DNA of 64,000 nucleotides, taken from NCBI GenBank assembly GCA_965222155.1, contig CBDCTH010000012.1:1312001-1376000 (forward strand). The letters are read 5' to 3'. Position 1 is the stretch's first letter. The number at the start of each line of letters is the position of its first letter. Shown one piece after another: positions 47,984-58,302 of the stretch. The DNA is from Gammaproteobacteria bacterium. GTDB taxonomy: Bacteria > Pseudomonadota > Gammaproteobacteria > Eutrophobiales > Eutrophobiaceae. Both the position numbers and the translations under genes were made by a program. The notes beneath the pieces were generated by a model. That model had not been told where the DNA came from, made no database searches, and saw only the letters and a program-made list of their open reading frames with translations.

Positions 47984-49435
47984 TTATTGAATCAGCGGTG
48001 CGGTGCGCGGCCAGGGCGCCGCCACTTCAAGCTGTGCAGCTAATTGCAGCAGGGTTGCCTCATCCCCGAAACGGCCGGCAAATTGCATACCTAACGGCAG
48101 GTTATCCGCCGTCCGCTGTAACGGCAACGATAGCGCCGGTTGCCCGGTCATATTGAATAACGGCGTGAACGGGCAGTAATCAAACAGGTGTTTGGACCAG
48201 CTCTGTGCATCGAATGATGCATCGTTCGCATTTATAAATCCGACAGGCAATGCAGGTCTGGCCATGGTCGGTGTCAGCAGCAGGTCATATTCTTCAAAAA
48301 ATGCGCCGACGGTACGACAGATGTGATTGGCCGCCCCCTGGGCCCGCAACAATTCTCCCGCCGATAATTCCTTTCCACGCCGATAACAGGCAAGTGTTGT
48401 TGCCTCAAGGGTTGTTTCATCCGGTGTCCTGCCGGTCATATTGGCAAAGAAGTCAATAAATACGGGTAGATTTGCAGCCCAGTACACAACGGTTGCCCCG
48501 AAGAATTCCTGCCAGTCAAATACAGGAGTGGCTTCGGTTATTTCATGGCCTGCTTGCGCGCAGACTGCCGCGGTTTTTTCCACTGCGGATTTTAACTCGG
48601 CATCCACTTCCGAACCGGACCAGGACGTGGAAGTATACGCGATCTTAAGAGGTTGAGGCGGCTTCCTTATCTGCTGCAGGTACGGCACGTGAGGCGATGC
48701 GATGATAAAAGGATCGCCCGCACTGTGTCCGTGTACGGCATCCAGTAATGCCGCCGCATCACGTACGCTGCGCGTGACCGCGAAATCCACAGCCAGCCCG
48801 CTTAATGGTTCTCCGGTATCGGGGCCTGGAGATACCCTGCCGCGCGTCGGTTTCAGGCCTACCAGTCCGCAGCAGGCTGCAGGTATCCGTATGGAACCTC
48901 CTCCGTCATTTGCATGGGCCAGCGGCACAATACCGGCGGCAACGGCCGCGGAACTGGCGCCGCTGGACCCCCCGGGCATGCGTTGCAGGTCCCAGGGATT
49001 GCGGCTGGGACCGTTTATTATGGGTTCGGTCGTTATGCAATAGCCGAATTCTGGTGTAGCGGTACGACCCATAGTCTGCAGGCCGGCGTCCCGAAAACGT
49101 TTCATCAACTCGGTATCGTGATTAAACCTGACACCCTGCCCAAGGCGGCTGCCGAACTCATTCAACACCCCTTTTGCGTGCAGAGCCAGGTCTTTTATGA
49201 GGAAAGGAACGCCTTGAAACGGGGCGTCCGGAGAGCGATTGGCTGAAAGCGGCGCGGGGAATTGTTCAATAATGGAATTAATTTGCGGGTTGACACTGTC
49301 TATTGCCTGTCCGGCGCAATCAATCACTTCAGCCGCGCTTACTTCCCGGTTGCGAATAAGCTCCGCCAACCCCAAACCGTCATAGTTTACGTATTCGTTT
49401 AACTTCATCGGTATCTGCACTGTATTACGCAACAA
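47984..49435 (-). CDS. Amidase-signature family enzyme
   Basis: GVPFLIKD, PGGSSGAS, DGGGSIRIPA. Confidence 0.93.
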   Translation of the reverse strand: MLRNTVQIPMKLNEYVNYDGLGLAELIRNREVSAAEVIDCAGQAIDSVNPQINSIIEQFPAPLSANRSPDAPFQGVPFLIKDLALHAKGVLNEFGSRLGQGVRFNHDTELMKRFRDAGLQTMGRTATPEFGYCITTEPIINGPSRNPWDLQRMPGGSSGASSAAVAAGIVPLAHANDGGGSIRIPAACCGLVGLKPTRGRVSPGPDTGEPLSGLAVDFAVTRSVRDAAALLDAVHGHSAGDPFIIASPHVPYLQQIRKPPQPLKIAYTSTSWSGSEVDAELKSAVEKTAAVCAQAGHEITEATPVFDWQEFFGATVVYWAANLPVFIDFFANMTGRTPDETTLEATTLACYRRGKELSAGELLRAQGAANHICRTVGAFFEEYDLLLTPTMARPALPVGFINANDASFDAQSWSKHLFDYCPFTPLFNMTGQPALSLPLQRTADNLPLGMQFAGRFGDEATLLQLAAQLEVAAPWPRTAPLIQ

Positions 49436-49501
49436 GGTTGCAAAGATGTATTCTGTAAAATAAACCGCTCAGATGCAACTATCCATCGAGTTGAGACCGG
49501 G

Positions 49502-50824
49502 CTATGCATGCTTCCAGGACGCGGGCGCCATGTCGTACGTTTCCTGTTTGACCATTGCCAGGCATAGCGCCAGCAGCAGCGCCGCGGGAAATACCAGCGC
49601 GGCTGCGCTGAGCGGGACGTTGAAGTGTTCCACGAGTCTTGCCGGGATGGGCATCAGCAGCGCGCCGATCACAAATGATACACAGGTCAACAAGCCGAAT
49701 GCGGTGCCGGCCATTGCCTTTTCACAAAACCGGGTCGTCATCGTATAACACATGGGGCTGACACCGGTAAAAAAACCGACGGACAGGAACAGAAAATAGG
49801 CCATGGCAGTGGAGAGTTCGCTCATCAGGGTAAACAGCAGTAAAGCGATGACATCGCACACTAAAAAAATGATGCAGGTAAACTTGAAACTGCGCACATA
49901 ATCCGAAAATACGTGGACCAGGAGAGCGCCTATCCCGAAACCGAACCAGATGGTGGAATTTATATTGCTTGCTCCTGTCGGGTCAAAACCCTTGAAGATG
50001 AGCAGTTTGATCCCCCAGATGATCCCGACCCCCAACATCATACCGAATGTCAGTCCGCTAATCAGCGTGACCTGCCAGAACAAGGGTTGGACGGACAGGA
50101 CCTTCAGATCCCGGAACAGGCCGCCCCAGAAAGGCGAGTGCGTAACCGATTTTACCGGTTTACCCTGTCCATCGTCGGGTTCACGCACCAGCATGGCGAA
50201 GGCTATCAGCAATAGAAATCCTATGAACGCCTCCAGCAGCATAATGTCCTGCCAGACCAGCGCCAGTATCAGGTAGCCCACCGCGGCCTGACCCAGGGTA
50301 TTCGCCGTAGCCGCCACAGTCTGCGCAATGCCGAAAACCAGGCCGAAATGTTTGATGTCGAACCAGTATCTCGTCAGGTAGGCGAGGCCCGGGTAGCCGA
50401 AAGCGCCGCCTATCCCCATTAACGCCTGGCCGATGACGATGACCGTTGCATTGCCGGCCAGACCGAAAATCAACGCCCCTGAGGCAACGGTTGCAATGCC
50501 GGCGCTTAACATTGTACGGGCGCCATAGCGGTCAAGCAGTCCACCGGCCGGGATTGTCATGACCGCATAGGTGATCGCGTACACCGCCCCCAGTTCTCCG
50601 ACTTGTGAAAGAGTCAGCGACAGCGATTCGGCGATACTGGCATTCAGTACCGCGTAACTGCTTTGGGTCTGAAACTTGTAGACGACGTAGGTGACGCTAA
50701 ACCCCCAGATGACCCAGGCCAACGGGCGCCTGAGGCTCTGTTGTCCAGTGCTTTGTTGGGTGGATGTGCTCATTTTTAATCTGAAGGTTCGATCCGGACC
50801 GGCATTATTTGCACTACCTGACAT
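49502..50824 (-). CDS. MFS transporter
   Basis: GGLLDRYGAR motif A; about 12 TM helices. Confidence 0.9.
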   Translation of the reverse strand: MSGSANNAGPDRTFRLKMSTSTQQSTGQQSLRRPLAWVIWGFSVTYVVYKFQTQSSYAVLNASIAESLSLTLSQVGELGAVYAITYAVMTIPAGGLLDRYGARTMLSAGIATVASGALIFGLAGNATVIVIGQALMGIGGAFGYPGLAYLTRYWFDIKHFGLVFGIAQTVAATANTLGQAAVGYLILALVWQDIMLLEAFIGFLLLIAFAMLVREPDDGQGKPVKSVTHSPFWGGLFRDLKVLSVQPLFWQVTLISGLTFGMMLGVGIIWGIKLLIFKGFDPTGASNINSTIWFGFGIGALLVHVFSDYVRSFKFTCIIFLVCDVIALLLFTLMSELSTAMAYFLFLSVGFFTGVSPMCYTMTTRFCEKAMAGTAFGLLTCVSFVIGALLMPIPARLVEHFNVPLSAAALVFPAALLLALCLAMVKQETYDMAPASWKHA

Positions 50825-50919
50825 TGCGCCGAAAACTCAGGTTAACGTAATTAGCAACCAGATGTCTATCTATTAGCCCAGCAAACCAGGGCGAACGCAT
50901 ACTTTAGAATCCGGGTTAT

Positions 50920-51140
50920 CGTCATTCCGGCGCAGGCCGAGTAGTGGCACATAGCCTGCCCCTGCAGGCTGTAAGCAGGGGGATGTGCCGTCAACGGAGC
51001 GTAGGATGCAAATCCAGTCGAAAAAGACGGTTCCTTATGGTAGAAGGTTGGTTTGTTAACTGGATTCCGGCCTGCGCCGGAATGACGCACTGAGTTATAC
51101 AGCTGGTTTTCTATTCTTGACGGCCTGCGCCGGAATGACG
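50920..51140. repeat. Cluster of REP-like palindromes (CGTCATTCCGGCGCAGGCCG type)
   Basis: One forward copy at 50920 and inverted copies at 51059-51087 and 51121-51140. Confidence 0.8.
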
Positions 51141-51172
51141 AGATCAGGGCAAGCGCATACTTTTTTATATCT

Positions 51173-51274
51173 AGGGAACCTCTATTTATTCACAAATTGA
51201 TATATTAGCGGTCAATGATTTCAATAAGTTAGCGACCCTATGTATCGAAAAATGTCTATTATTAGAGGTTCCCT
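51173..51274. mobile_element. MITE-like element
   Basis: 102 bp non-coding; 12-bp perfect terminal inverted repeats AGGGAACCTCTA. Confidence 0.65.
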
Positions 51275-51368
51275 CTATTATAAGGACTGTCCAAATAGAA
51301 TCTGCGCCCGTCTCCTATCACTCCACCCGGTCTGCTTGAGTGTCCCCCGCATACTGTTCTTGTGTGGA

Positions 51369-51392
51369 GGGGACAGATTTAAATCTGTCCCC
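51369..51392. repeat. Perfect 24-bp palindrome
   Basis: GGGGACAGATTTAAATCTGTCCCC. Confidence 0.8.
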
Positions 51393-51742
51393 GGGAAATA
51401 AGGGAGCATGTTTCCCCAGGAGGGCGTCTCGCCCTCCACGAGGGCAGGATGCCCCAGCTCCCGGGAGTTGGCGGGAACTGCTGGTAAACTCATGATTTTC
51501 TCCTCAAGTTGGGGCTAATACTGCGATGATCCCCACAACATCCTTAAGTTCCCTGCTTAGGACAAAAAGTATGATCTTGCCCTGCCCAGCAAACTTCAAT
51601 TGAATCATGTTTTTGAGTGCCAGCAACATTTTTATAGTATTTTATTCGCTTAATCTTGAGTTGGGCGAATTGTGCATCCACTTATCTCAATCTAATCCGT
51701 ATGACGTAGTACCAGGTACTATGGTTTGACAGAGAACGAATT

Positions 51743-52528
51743 ATGCTAAAAGATAAAGTTGTCTTTATCACCGGCGGCGCAAGGGGCATCGGCTACGGCA
51801 TTGCCCTTGCCGCACTTGAAGCCGGTGCGCGGGTCGCCATTGGCGACCTGGATGAACAAACGGTATTTGCCGCGCGGGATACTCTGCTCATTGAATCAGC
51901 CGCCGTCGATGAGGCAGTATTCGCTACGGTCGTTGATGTGGCGGATGAACCATCGGTCGAAACAGCATTGGCTGCGACACAAGCGTATTTTGGTTTCCTC
52001 AATGGATTGGTCAATAACGCAGGAGTCATTCGTCTGGGAGAAAATCTCGGAGCGAGTGTGAACGACTGGCAGGTACAAATGGAGGTCAATGTCATCGGTA
52101 CGCACAACTGCTGCCGGGCGTTCGCAAAGATGCTTATCGACGCGGCACAACCCGGGGCAATCGTTAATATTGCCTCCAATTGCGGCAAAGTCGGCTATCC
52201 GAATATGGCCGGATATAATGCCAGCAAGGCTGCGGTTATCAATCTGACCCGCTCGCTGTCGGCGGAACTGAGTGACCATAAAATTAATGTCAACGCGATT
52301 TGTCCCGGCGGTGTCTATACGCCCATGCTGATGGAGGTCGCTGAAGCCATCGGCGAACGCATCGATGAGCAGGCGGAGGAACTGGTCAAGACGATGGTGC
52401 CGGCACAGTTAGGCCGGCATATCGAACCCCTGGAGGTCGGGCGGGTAGCCGCATTTCTTTTGTCCGATCATGCCACCGTTATCCGCGGGCAGTCGATCAA
52501 TGCCGATGGCGGGGATACGCCCTACTAG
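51743..52528 (+). CDS. Short-chain dehydrogenase/reductase
   Basis: TGGARGIG, NNAG, YNASK. Confidence 0.95.
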   Translation: MLKDKVVFITGGARGIGYGIALAALEAGARVAIGDLDEQTVFAARDTLLIESAAVDEAVFATVVDVADEPSVETALAATQAYFGFLNGLVNNAGVIRLGENLGASVNDWQVQMEVNVIGTHNCCRAFAKMLIDAAQPGAIVNIASNCGKVGYPNMAGYNASKAAVINLTRSLSAELSDHKINVNAICPGGVYTPMLMEVAEAIGERIDEQAEELVKTMVPAQLGRHIEPLEVGRVAAFLLSDHATVIRGQSINADGGDTPY

Positions 52529-52819
52529 TACTCTTTCCAGGTGATATTATCATGTTCAGAGCCAAGCAGCGGCTTCAAGACAAGGCGCAGTCCGCAGAGA
52601 ATGGCCCGCCCTTGTCAAGGACTGCAACGCCGGATTGGAGCCGCTGCTTGGCTCCTTGCGGGCGGGCCGGGAAGCGGTCGCCCGCGCTGTTGCGCCTCTT
52701 GGCAAGGGCTGGCCATTACCGGCGAGGCGCGCCTGGCGCTCAACCGCTTCCCGACCCGCTGAATATGACAATATCACCTGGAAAGAGTACTAGACACTGG
52801 TCACTGGTTGTCAGGATGC

Positions 52820-53094
52820 TTCAGGTAACTGTTCTCGTCGGTGTCATCGGTATCATGGGCCAGGATGCTGCAACGGCTCTCAACCCACCGAATATCGCCG
52901 GGCTGGAAGTGCGCGATCCGGAATTAATCGTTCCTGAATACGTAGAACTGCTGAGACCGGACGTTGACCTCATCGTGCTGTTGACCCACCAGGGCAAAGT
53001 CGGACGTGATTTCGGACAGGCGCTTGTAGATTATTTCAAGTCGCGTAACATCGTTGATGTTCCTGTAAGAGGCCGCTTGTTGCCCGGGAGTTAG
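52820..53094 (+). pseudogene. Internally deleted remnant of a 5'-nucleotidase-like metallophosphoesterase
   Basis: VGVIGIM...LRPDVDLIVLLTHQG fused to the C-terminal ALVDYFK...GRL. Confidence 0.5.
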
Positions 53095-53096
53095 CG

Positions 53097-54608
53097 TTGA
53101 ACCAATATCCACTTACCATTTTGACCCCGTTGCTCCTGGTATTACTGAATGCCTGTTCAGTTTCACCGGATGCAGGGCAGGCGAAAACTGAGGTATCGTT
53201 AAAACCGAATTTCATCGTGGTGCTGACCGACGATCAGGGCTATAACGACGTTGGCGTATACGGCTCTCCGGATATCAGGACTCCCGTACTGGACCGGATG
53301 GCGGCGGAGGGCATCAGGTTCACCAGCTTTTATGCCCAGCCGGTCTGCGCTCCGTCCAGGGCGGCGCTTCTTACCGGTTCCTACCCGATAAGAGTGGCGG
53401 AGCCGGGCAACAGGAAAAATCCGAATACTGTTTTACATGCGCGTGAAGTTACGATTGCCGAGGCCTTAAAGGCTGCCGGCTATGCGACCGCGGTGATAGG
53501 CAAATGGCACATGGCAGGGGATGGCGATGAACCCTGGGATTACGCTCCGCCACCGCAACCACCGGGTCGTCCGGGGGGGAAGGGGCCGTTCAAGGCAGAA
53601 CTCATGCCCAATGCCCAGGGCTTTGATTACTTTTACGGCACGCCCATGTTCCACGGCTACACCCGGGACGTTGACCTGGCGCGCTTTATCCCTGAGATGA
53701 TGCGCAACGGCGAGGTCATAGAAAGCCCTGCAAACGTTGACCTTATGACCCGGAGATACACGGATGAAACCATTGGATTTATCCGTAACAATCGCGACAA
53801 GCCGTTTTTAATTTATCTTGCCCATCACATGCCCCATTTACCGTTAGGTGCATCGTCCGGCTTTAAAGGTAAATCTGAACGCGGTCTTTACGGGGATGCC
53901 GTGGAGGAACTGGACTGGAGTATGGGAGAAATATTCAAGGAACTGGAGCGCTTGCAACTGGATGATAAAACACTCGTCGTATTTCTTTCCGATAACGGCC
54001 CCGAGGTCGGTCACAATGAAAAATATACGGGTAGCGCCGCGCCCTTCAGAGGCATGAAATACTCCAACTGGGAGGGGGGTATACGGATACCCGCCATCAT
54101 GCGTTGGCCGGGAAAAATTCCAGAATCAACAGTCAACGATGCTCTGGCAACGTCAATGGATTTGTATCCCACCCTGGTAGCGCTGGCGGGCTCGCAATTA
54201 CCGGAGGGAATTACAATCGATGGAAAAGATATCAGCCCAATACTGTTTAATCGCCCGGGCGCGAAAAGCCCGCACACTCATTTCTTCTACTATTCCCTGA
54301 CACAGTTGCAGGCGGTGAGGGCCGGACGCTGGAAACTCGTCTTCCCCAGACAGGCCAATTCGCCTTATACCTTGTGGCTTGGTCGCTATACAGATACGGT
54401 CGAAAAGACCATGTTGTTTGATCTTCAGCAAGACCCGGGTGAGCAGATTGATTTGGCCGATAAACATCCTGACATTGTCGTGAAGCTGATGCAGGATGCG
54501 GACAAGGCCAGGGCGGAGTTAGGGGATTACAACCGGATTGGATCCGGCGCACGGTTTTTTGATGAGGGTAAAAAAAGACCTGTTACGTTCTTTCCGGATG
54601 CCAGGTAA
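53097..54608 (+). CDS. Cys-type arylsulfatase, probable lipoprotein
   Basis: [26 protein letters not shown]; lipobox-like LNAC. Confidence 0.93.
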   Translation: MNQYPLTILTPLLLVLLNACSVSPDAGQAKTEVSLKPNFIVVLTDDQGYNDVGVYGSPDIRTPVLDRMAAEGIRFTSFYAQPVCAPSRAALLTGSYPIRVAEPGNRKNPNTVLHAREVTIAEALKAAGYATAVIGKWHMAGDGDEPWDYAPPPQPPGRPGGKGPFKAELMPNAQGFDYFYGTPMFHGYTRDVDLARFIPEMMRNGEVIESPANVDLMTRRYTDETIGFIRNNRDKPFLIYLAHHMPHLPLGASSGFKGKSERGLYGDAVEELDWSMGEIFKELERLQLDDKTLVVFLSDNGPEVGHNEKYTGSAAPFRGMKYSNWEGGIRIPAIMRWPGKIPESTVNDALATSMDLYPTLVALAGSQLPEGITIDGKDISPILFNRPGAKSPHTHFFYYSLTQLQAVRAGRWKLVFPRQANSPYTLWLGRYTDTVEKTMLFDLQQDPGEQIDLADKHPDIVVKLMQDADKARAELGDYNRIGSGARFFDEGKKRPVTFFPDAR

Positions 54609-54626
54609 TAAGTTTACGGACTCTTT

Positions 54627-56462
54627 ATGACTGGGTTTGACTATAAGACCGCCCTGGAGAAAATGACCCACCATCCGGGCGTTTATCAGATGCTCGATGT
54701 TGACGGCGCCCTGATTTACGTGGGCAAGGCAAAGGATTTGAAAAAGCGGGTCGGCAGTTACTTCGGCAGGAAACCGGATTCGGCCAAAACCAGGGCGCTC
54801 GTCAAGCAAATCCAGGTCATCAATATTACGGTGACGCGTACTGAAGCGGAAGCCTTGCTGCTGGAAAGCAACCTGATAAAACAACACAAGCCCCGCTACA
54901 ACGTGGTCCTGCGTGACGATAAGAGCTATCCGTATTTATACCTGTCCGCTGAGGACAAATACCCCAGGCTGAGTTTTTATCGCGGGGCAAAGTCGGGAGC
55001 AGGGCAGTATTTCGGGCCTTACCCCAGCGCAAAATCCGCCCGGCGTACCTTGAACCTCACCCAGAAATTATTCAGGATCAGGCAGTGCGACGATACGTTC
55101 TTTAAAAATCGTTCCAGACCCTGCCTGCAGTACCAGATTAAGCGCTGCACTGCGCCCTGTGTGGGACTGGTCGAAGATGAGACTTACCGGGAAGACGTGA
55201 AACACACAGTCATGTTTCTGGAAGGCCGTAATGAGGAGGTGATCAAGGAATTGACCGCACCCATGCAAGAGGCCGCCGATGCGCTGGATTACGAGCGCGC
55301 CGCCCAGTACCGGGACCAGATAGTCAACCTGAGAAAGATACAGGAAAGCCAGTATATTACCGCGCCCAGAGGAGAACTGGACATTGTAGCCTGTTATATG
55401 GAGGGCGGGTTTGCCTGTGTGCAGATTTTCTTTGTTCGCGGCGGGCTCAATTTAGGCAACAAGGCGTTTTTCCCGGTGCATACCGTGGAGTTGGACGAAG
55501 CCCAGGTTCTCAATGCATTTATGGCCCAGTATTACCTGAGTGATTCCCGTAACAGGCAAGTCCCCGTGGAAATCCTGGTCAGTCACCGGATAGCCGATGC
55601 GGAAACGCTGATGGGCTTGCTCAGTGAACGAAGAGGAAAATCCGTAAGAATAAAACACCGCCACAGGAGCGAGCGAAGAAAATGGATAGAAATGGGATTG
55701 AACAATGCCGAGATAGCATTAAAAACCCGGCTTTCCTCGAAAGAAAAATACGCTTCCCGGTTTGAAAATTTACAGGCGGTATTACAATTGAATGAGACTG
55801 TCGAACGAATTGAGTGTTTTGATGTCAGTCATATTAGTGGCGAGGCGACGGTTGCCTCGTGTGTCGTATTTAACCATGAGGGCGCGGTAAAGGCCGATTA
55901 CCGGAAATTCAATATCAAAGACGTGCCGGCGGGAGATGATTATGCAGCAATGGCCCAGGCCTTTGAACGGCGCTATACCCGGGTGAAAAAAACCGAGGGG
56001 AAACTGCCTGAACTGATACTGATAGATGGAGGAAAAGGCCAGCTTGGCAGTATCAAAGCCCTGGTTGAGGAACTGCAACTGGATGAAGTTGTCATACTGG
56101 GTGTAGCCAAGGGCAGGGCGCGTAAACCGGGCCTGGAGAAACTGGTCTTTTCCGACGGGAAAAGTGAACTAAGCCTGGCGGCAAATTCGCCTGCCTTGCA
56201 CTTGATCCAGGAAGTACGGGACGAGGCGCATCGTTTTGCCGTTACCGGACACCGACGGCAAAGAAATCAAAAGAGAAATAAATCGATCCTGGAACAGGTA
56301 GAGGGCATTGGAGCAAAACGCCGGCGGGAGTTGATCAGGTACTTTGGCGGTCTGCAGGGCGTCGCAAGAGCAGGTGTGGAAGAACTTGCCAGAGTGCCCG
56401 GAATCAATAACAATCTGGCAGAGAAAATATATAATTCATTACATGATGAATATACCAAATAG
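54627..56462 (+). CDS. uvrC: Excinuclease ABC subunit C
   Basis: GVY...YVGKAK GIY-YIG, IECFDVSH, LIDGGKGQ, RDEAHRFA, HhH. Confidence 0.98.
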   Translation: MTGFDYKTALEKMTHHPGVYQMLDVDGALIYVGKAKDLKKRVGSYFGRKPDSAKTRALVKQIQVINITVTRTEAEALLLESNLIKQHKPRYNVVLRDDKSYPYLYLSAEDKYPRLSFYRGAKSGAGQYFGPYPSAKSARRTLNLTQKLFRIRQCDDTFFKNRSRPCLQYQIKRCTAPCVGLVEDETYREDVKHTVMFLEGRNEEVIKELTAPMQEAADALDYERAAQYRDQIVNLRKIQESQYITAPRGELDIVACYMEGGFACVQIFFVRGGLNLGNKAFFPVHTVELDEAQVLNAFMAQYYLSDSRNRQVPVEILVSHRIADAETLMGLLSERRGKSVRIKHRHRSERRKWIEMGLNNAEIALKTRLSSKEKYASRFENLQAVLQLNETVERIECFDVSHISGEATVASCVVFNHEGAVKADYRKFNIKDVPAGDDYAAMAQAFERRYTRVKKTEGKLPELILIDGGKGQLGSIKALVEELQLDEVVILGVAKGRARKPGLEKLVFSDGKSELSLAANSPALHLIQEVRDEAHRFAVTGHRRQRNQKRNKSILEQVEGIGAKRRRELIRYFGGLQGVARAGVEELARVPGINNNLAEKIYNSLHDEYTK

Positions 56463-57009
56463 CTTGACCTTTTTTCGCATGGCGTTGATACCTGTTTTTG
56501 TGTTGGTGTTCTACCTGCCGTTCGATTGGAGTAACCAGGTGGCCTGTATTATCTTTGTAATTGCGGCTATCACTGATCTGCTTGACGGTTATTTCGCCCG
56601 AAAATTGCAACAGACGTCCAAATTAGGCGCGTTTCTTGATCCGGTGGCGGATAAGCTGATGGTGGCAGTCGCACTGGTTCTGCTGGTTGAACGCAATCCT
56701 GGCCCGCTTTTATCATTACCGGCGGCCGTGATCATCTGTCGCGAGATTACCGTATCGGCCCTGCGTGAGTGGATGGCGGAACTCGGCGCCCGCAGCAGGG
56801 TTGCCGTATCCATCTACGGCAAGATAAAAACCATCGCCCAGATGGTTGCCTTGCCGATGCTGATCTATGCTGCCCCGATATACGCCATACCTGTCTATGG
56901 GTTGGGCCTGGTGCTGTTGTACCTTGCCGCGGGACTGACCTTGATTTCCATGTATCAGTACCTTGTCAGCGCCTGGCCAAAACTAAAAGAAAATATTGAA
57001 AAACAATGA
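56443..57009 (+). CDS. pgsA: CDP-diacylglycerol--glycerol-3-phosphate 3-phosphatidyltransferase
   Basis: NIPNSLT, TDLLDGYFAR...GAFLDPVADK; synteny with uvrC and the tRNAs. Confidence 0.97.
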   Translation: MMNIPNSLTFFRMALIPVFVLVFYLPFDWSNQVACIIFVIAAITDLLDGYFARKLQQTSKLGAFLDPVADKLMVAVALVLLVERNPGPLLSLPAAVIICREITVSALREWMAELGARSRVAVSIYGKIKTIAQMVALPMLIYAAPIYAIPVYGLGLVLLYLAAGLTLISMYQYLVSAWPKLKENIEKQ

Positions 57010-57037
57010 GATACGATGCATTCTAAACAGGTTAGCC

Positions 57038-57065
57038 TTGACATCGTATGAAATATGATTACAAT
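57038..57065 (+). promoter_or_regulatory. sigma70 promoter of the tRNA operon
   Basis: TTGACA-16-TACAAT followed by GCGG. Confidence 0.75.
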
Positions 57066-57093
57066 GCGGTACTCGTTTTAAGGAATGGTTACT

Positions 57094-57169
<76 letters not shown>

Positions 57170-57284
57170 AATATATACCCCTGAGTAGGGGTAACCCCTG
57201 GAGCAAATCCGGGGCAGGCCCTTGTGGTTGCCTATTAATCCCGAGTTCAGCCTCGGGGTTTTCATTTTACAAGGGTATAACTCT

Positions 57285-57358
57285 GGCTGGGTGGCAGAGT
57301 GGTTATGCAGCGGCCTGCAAAGCCGTCGACGCCGGTTCGATTCCGACTCCAGCCTCCA
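57285..57358 (+). tRNA. tRNA-Cys(GCA)
   Basis: 74-nt cloverleaf, loop CTGCAAA, CCA end. Confidence 0.97.
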
Positions 57359-57373
57359 TTTTTTTACTTTCCC

Positions 57374-57460
57374 GCCCGGGTGGTGGAATTGGTAGACACA
57401 AGGGACTTAAAATCCCTCGGGGGTAACTCCGTGCCGGTTCGAGTCCGGCCCCGGGCACCA
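57374..57460 (+). tRNA. tRNA-Leu(TAA)
   Basis: 87 nt with long variable arm, loop CTTAAAA, CCA end. Confidence 0.97.
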
Positions 57461-57655
57461 TATCACCTCGAGGGCTGCTCAAGTCCTGCAATCAAACGCA
57501 AGCAAGTCGTCCGCATCACCTGAGGCCGTAACGAGGTCAAAGCCGCCCTCATTCATCGCCTCAAATTATTGGAAACTTCAAAACAGTTATACATCACCGG
57601 CAGATTAACCCATTGTTATTGCCGGAAATTACGTTAGTAAAATCGTCGACAAAAC

Positions 57656-58270
57656 TCAACGAGCAGGGGATAGGGAACATTGCCCGCGCTCCGGGTTTGG
57701 TTCGACTTCGGGCAGGTCCAGGATGCGCTTCAATTCGTCGGCGCCGCCTACGTAGCGGCCGTCCAGCCAGATCTGCGGTACGGTGACCGGAGTTTTAGGA
57801 CCGATGATCGGCTTTACTCTTCCCAGCATTTCATAGAGTGGTCGAGGGTCTTTGACGACGTCGTGATACTGGTAGTCAACTCCCGCCTGGTCCAGGTATC
57901 CCTTGGCGCGGACGCAGTGGGGGCAGGTGGCCTTGCCGAAAACGTGATTGCCTCGTATCGGAATAGCGCTGACTGCTTCTTCAATGACTGACTGGGTCAG
58001 TACGCCCCGGTTCAATGCGGCGCCTTGAGAAACAATTTTGCCGTTTACCAGTACTATCGGGGCATGCCAGCCGCCCTTGGGCAGGGGTTTCCACCATTCA
58101 GTGAGCCAGTCGCGCATGTCAAGCTCGACTTGTATACCGGCCAGGTCCGTATCAATACAGTCCTGGATGATATCTTTGGTCAAGGCGCACTCCCCACAGG
58201 GGATACTGACTTTGAACGGCCCCCAGGCGCCAGCCCAGCGGAACACAGTAATATTTATCGGGTTGTGCAT
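57656..58270 (-). CDS. Two-domain glutaredoxin-like protein
   Basis: CGEC and CPHC motifs; TVPQIWLDGRYVGG. Confidence 0.85.
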   Translation of the reverse strand: MHNPINITVFRWAGAWGPFKVSIPCGECALTKDIIQDCIDTDLAGIQVELDMRDWLTEWWKPLPKGGWHAPIVLVNGKIVSQGAALNRGVLTQSVIEEAVSAIPIRGNHVFGKATCPHCVRAKGYLDQAGVDYQYHDVVKDPRPLYEMLGRVKPIIGPKTPVTVPQIWLDGRYVGGADELKRILDLPEVEPNPERGQCSLSPAR

Positions 58271-58302
58271 AAATTACTCCCGATCGTTATTTTGATTATA
58301 TC

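Noticed and set aside
57374-57655. Island integrated at tRNA-Leu
   Set aside because: No integrase follows and no duplicated tRNA 3' end was seen in the window
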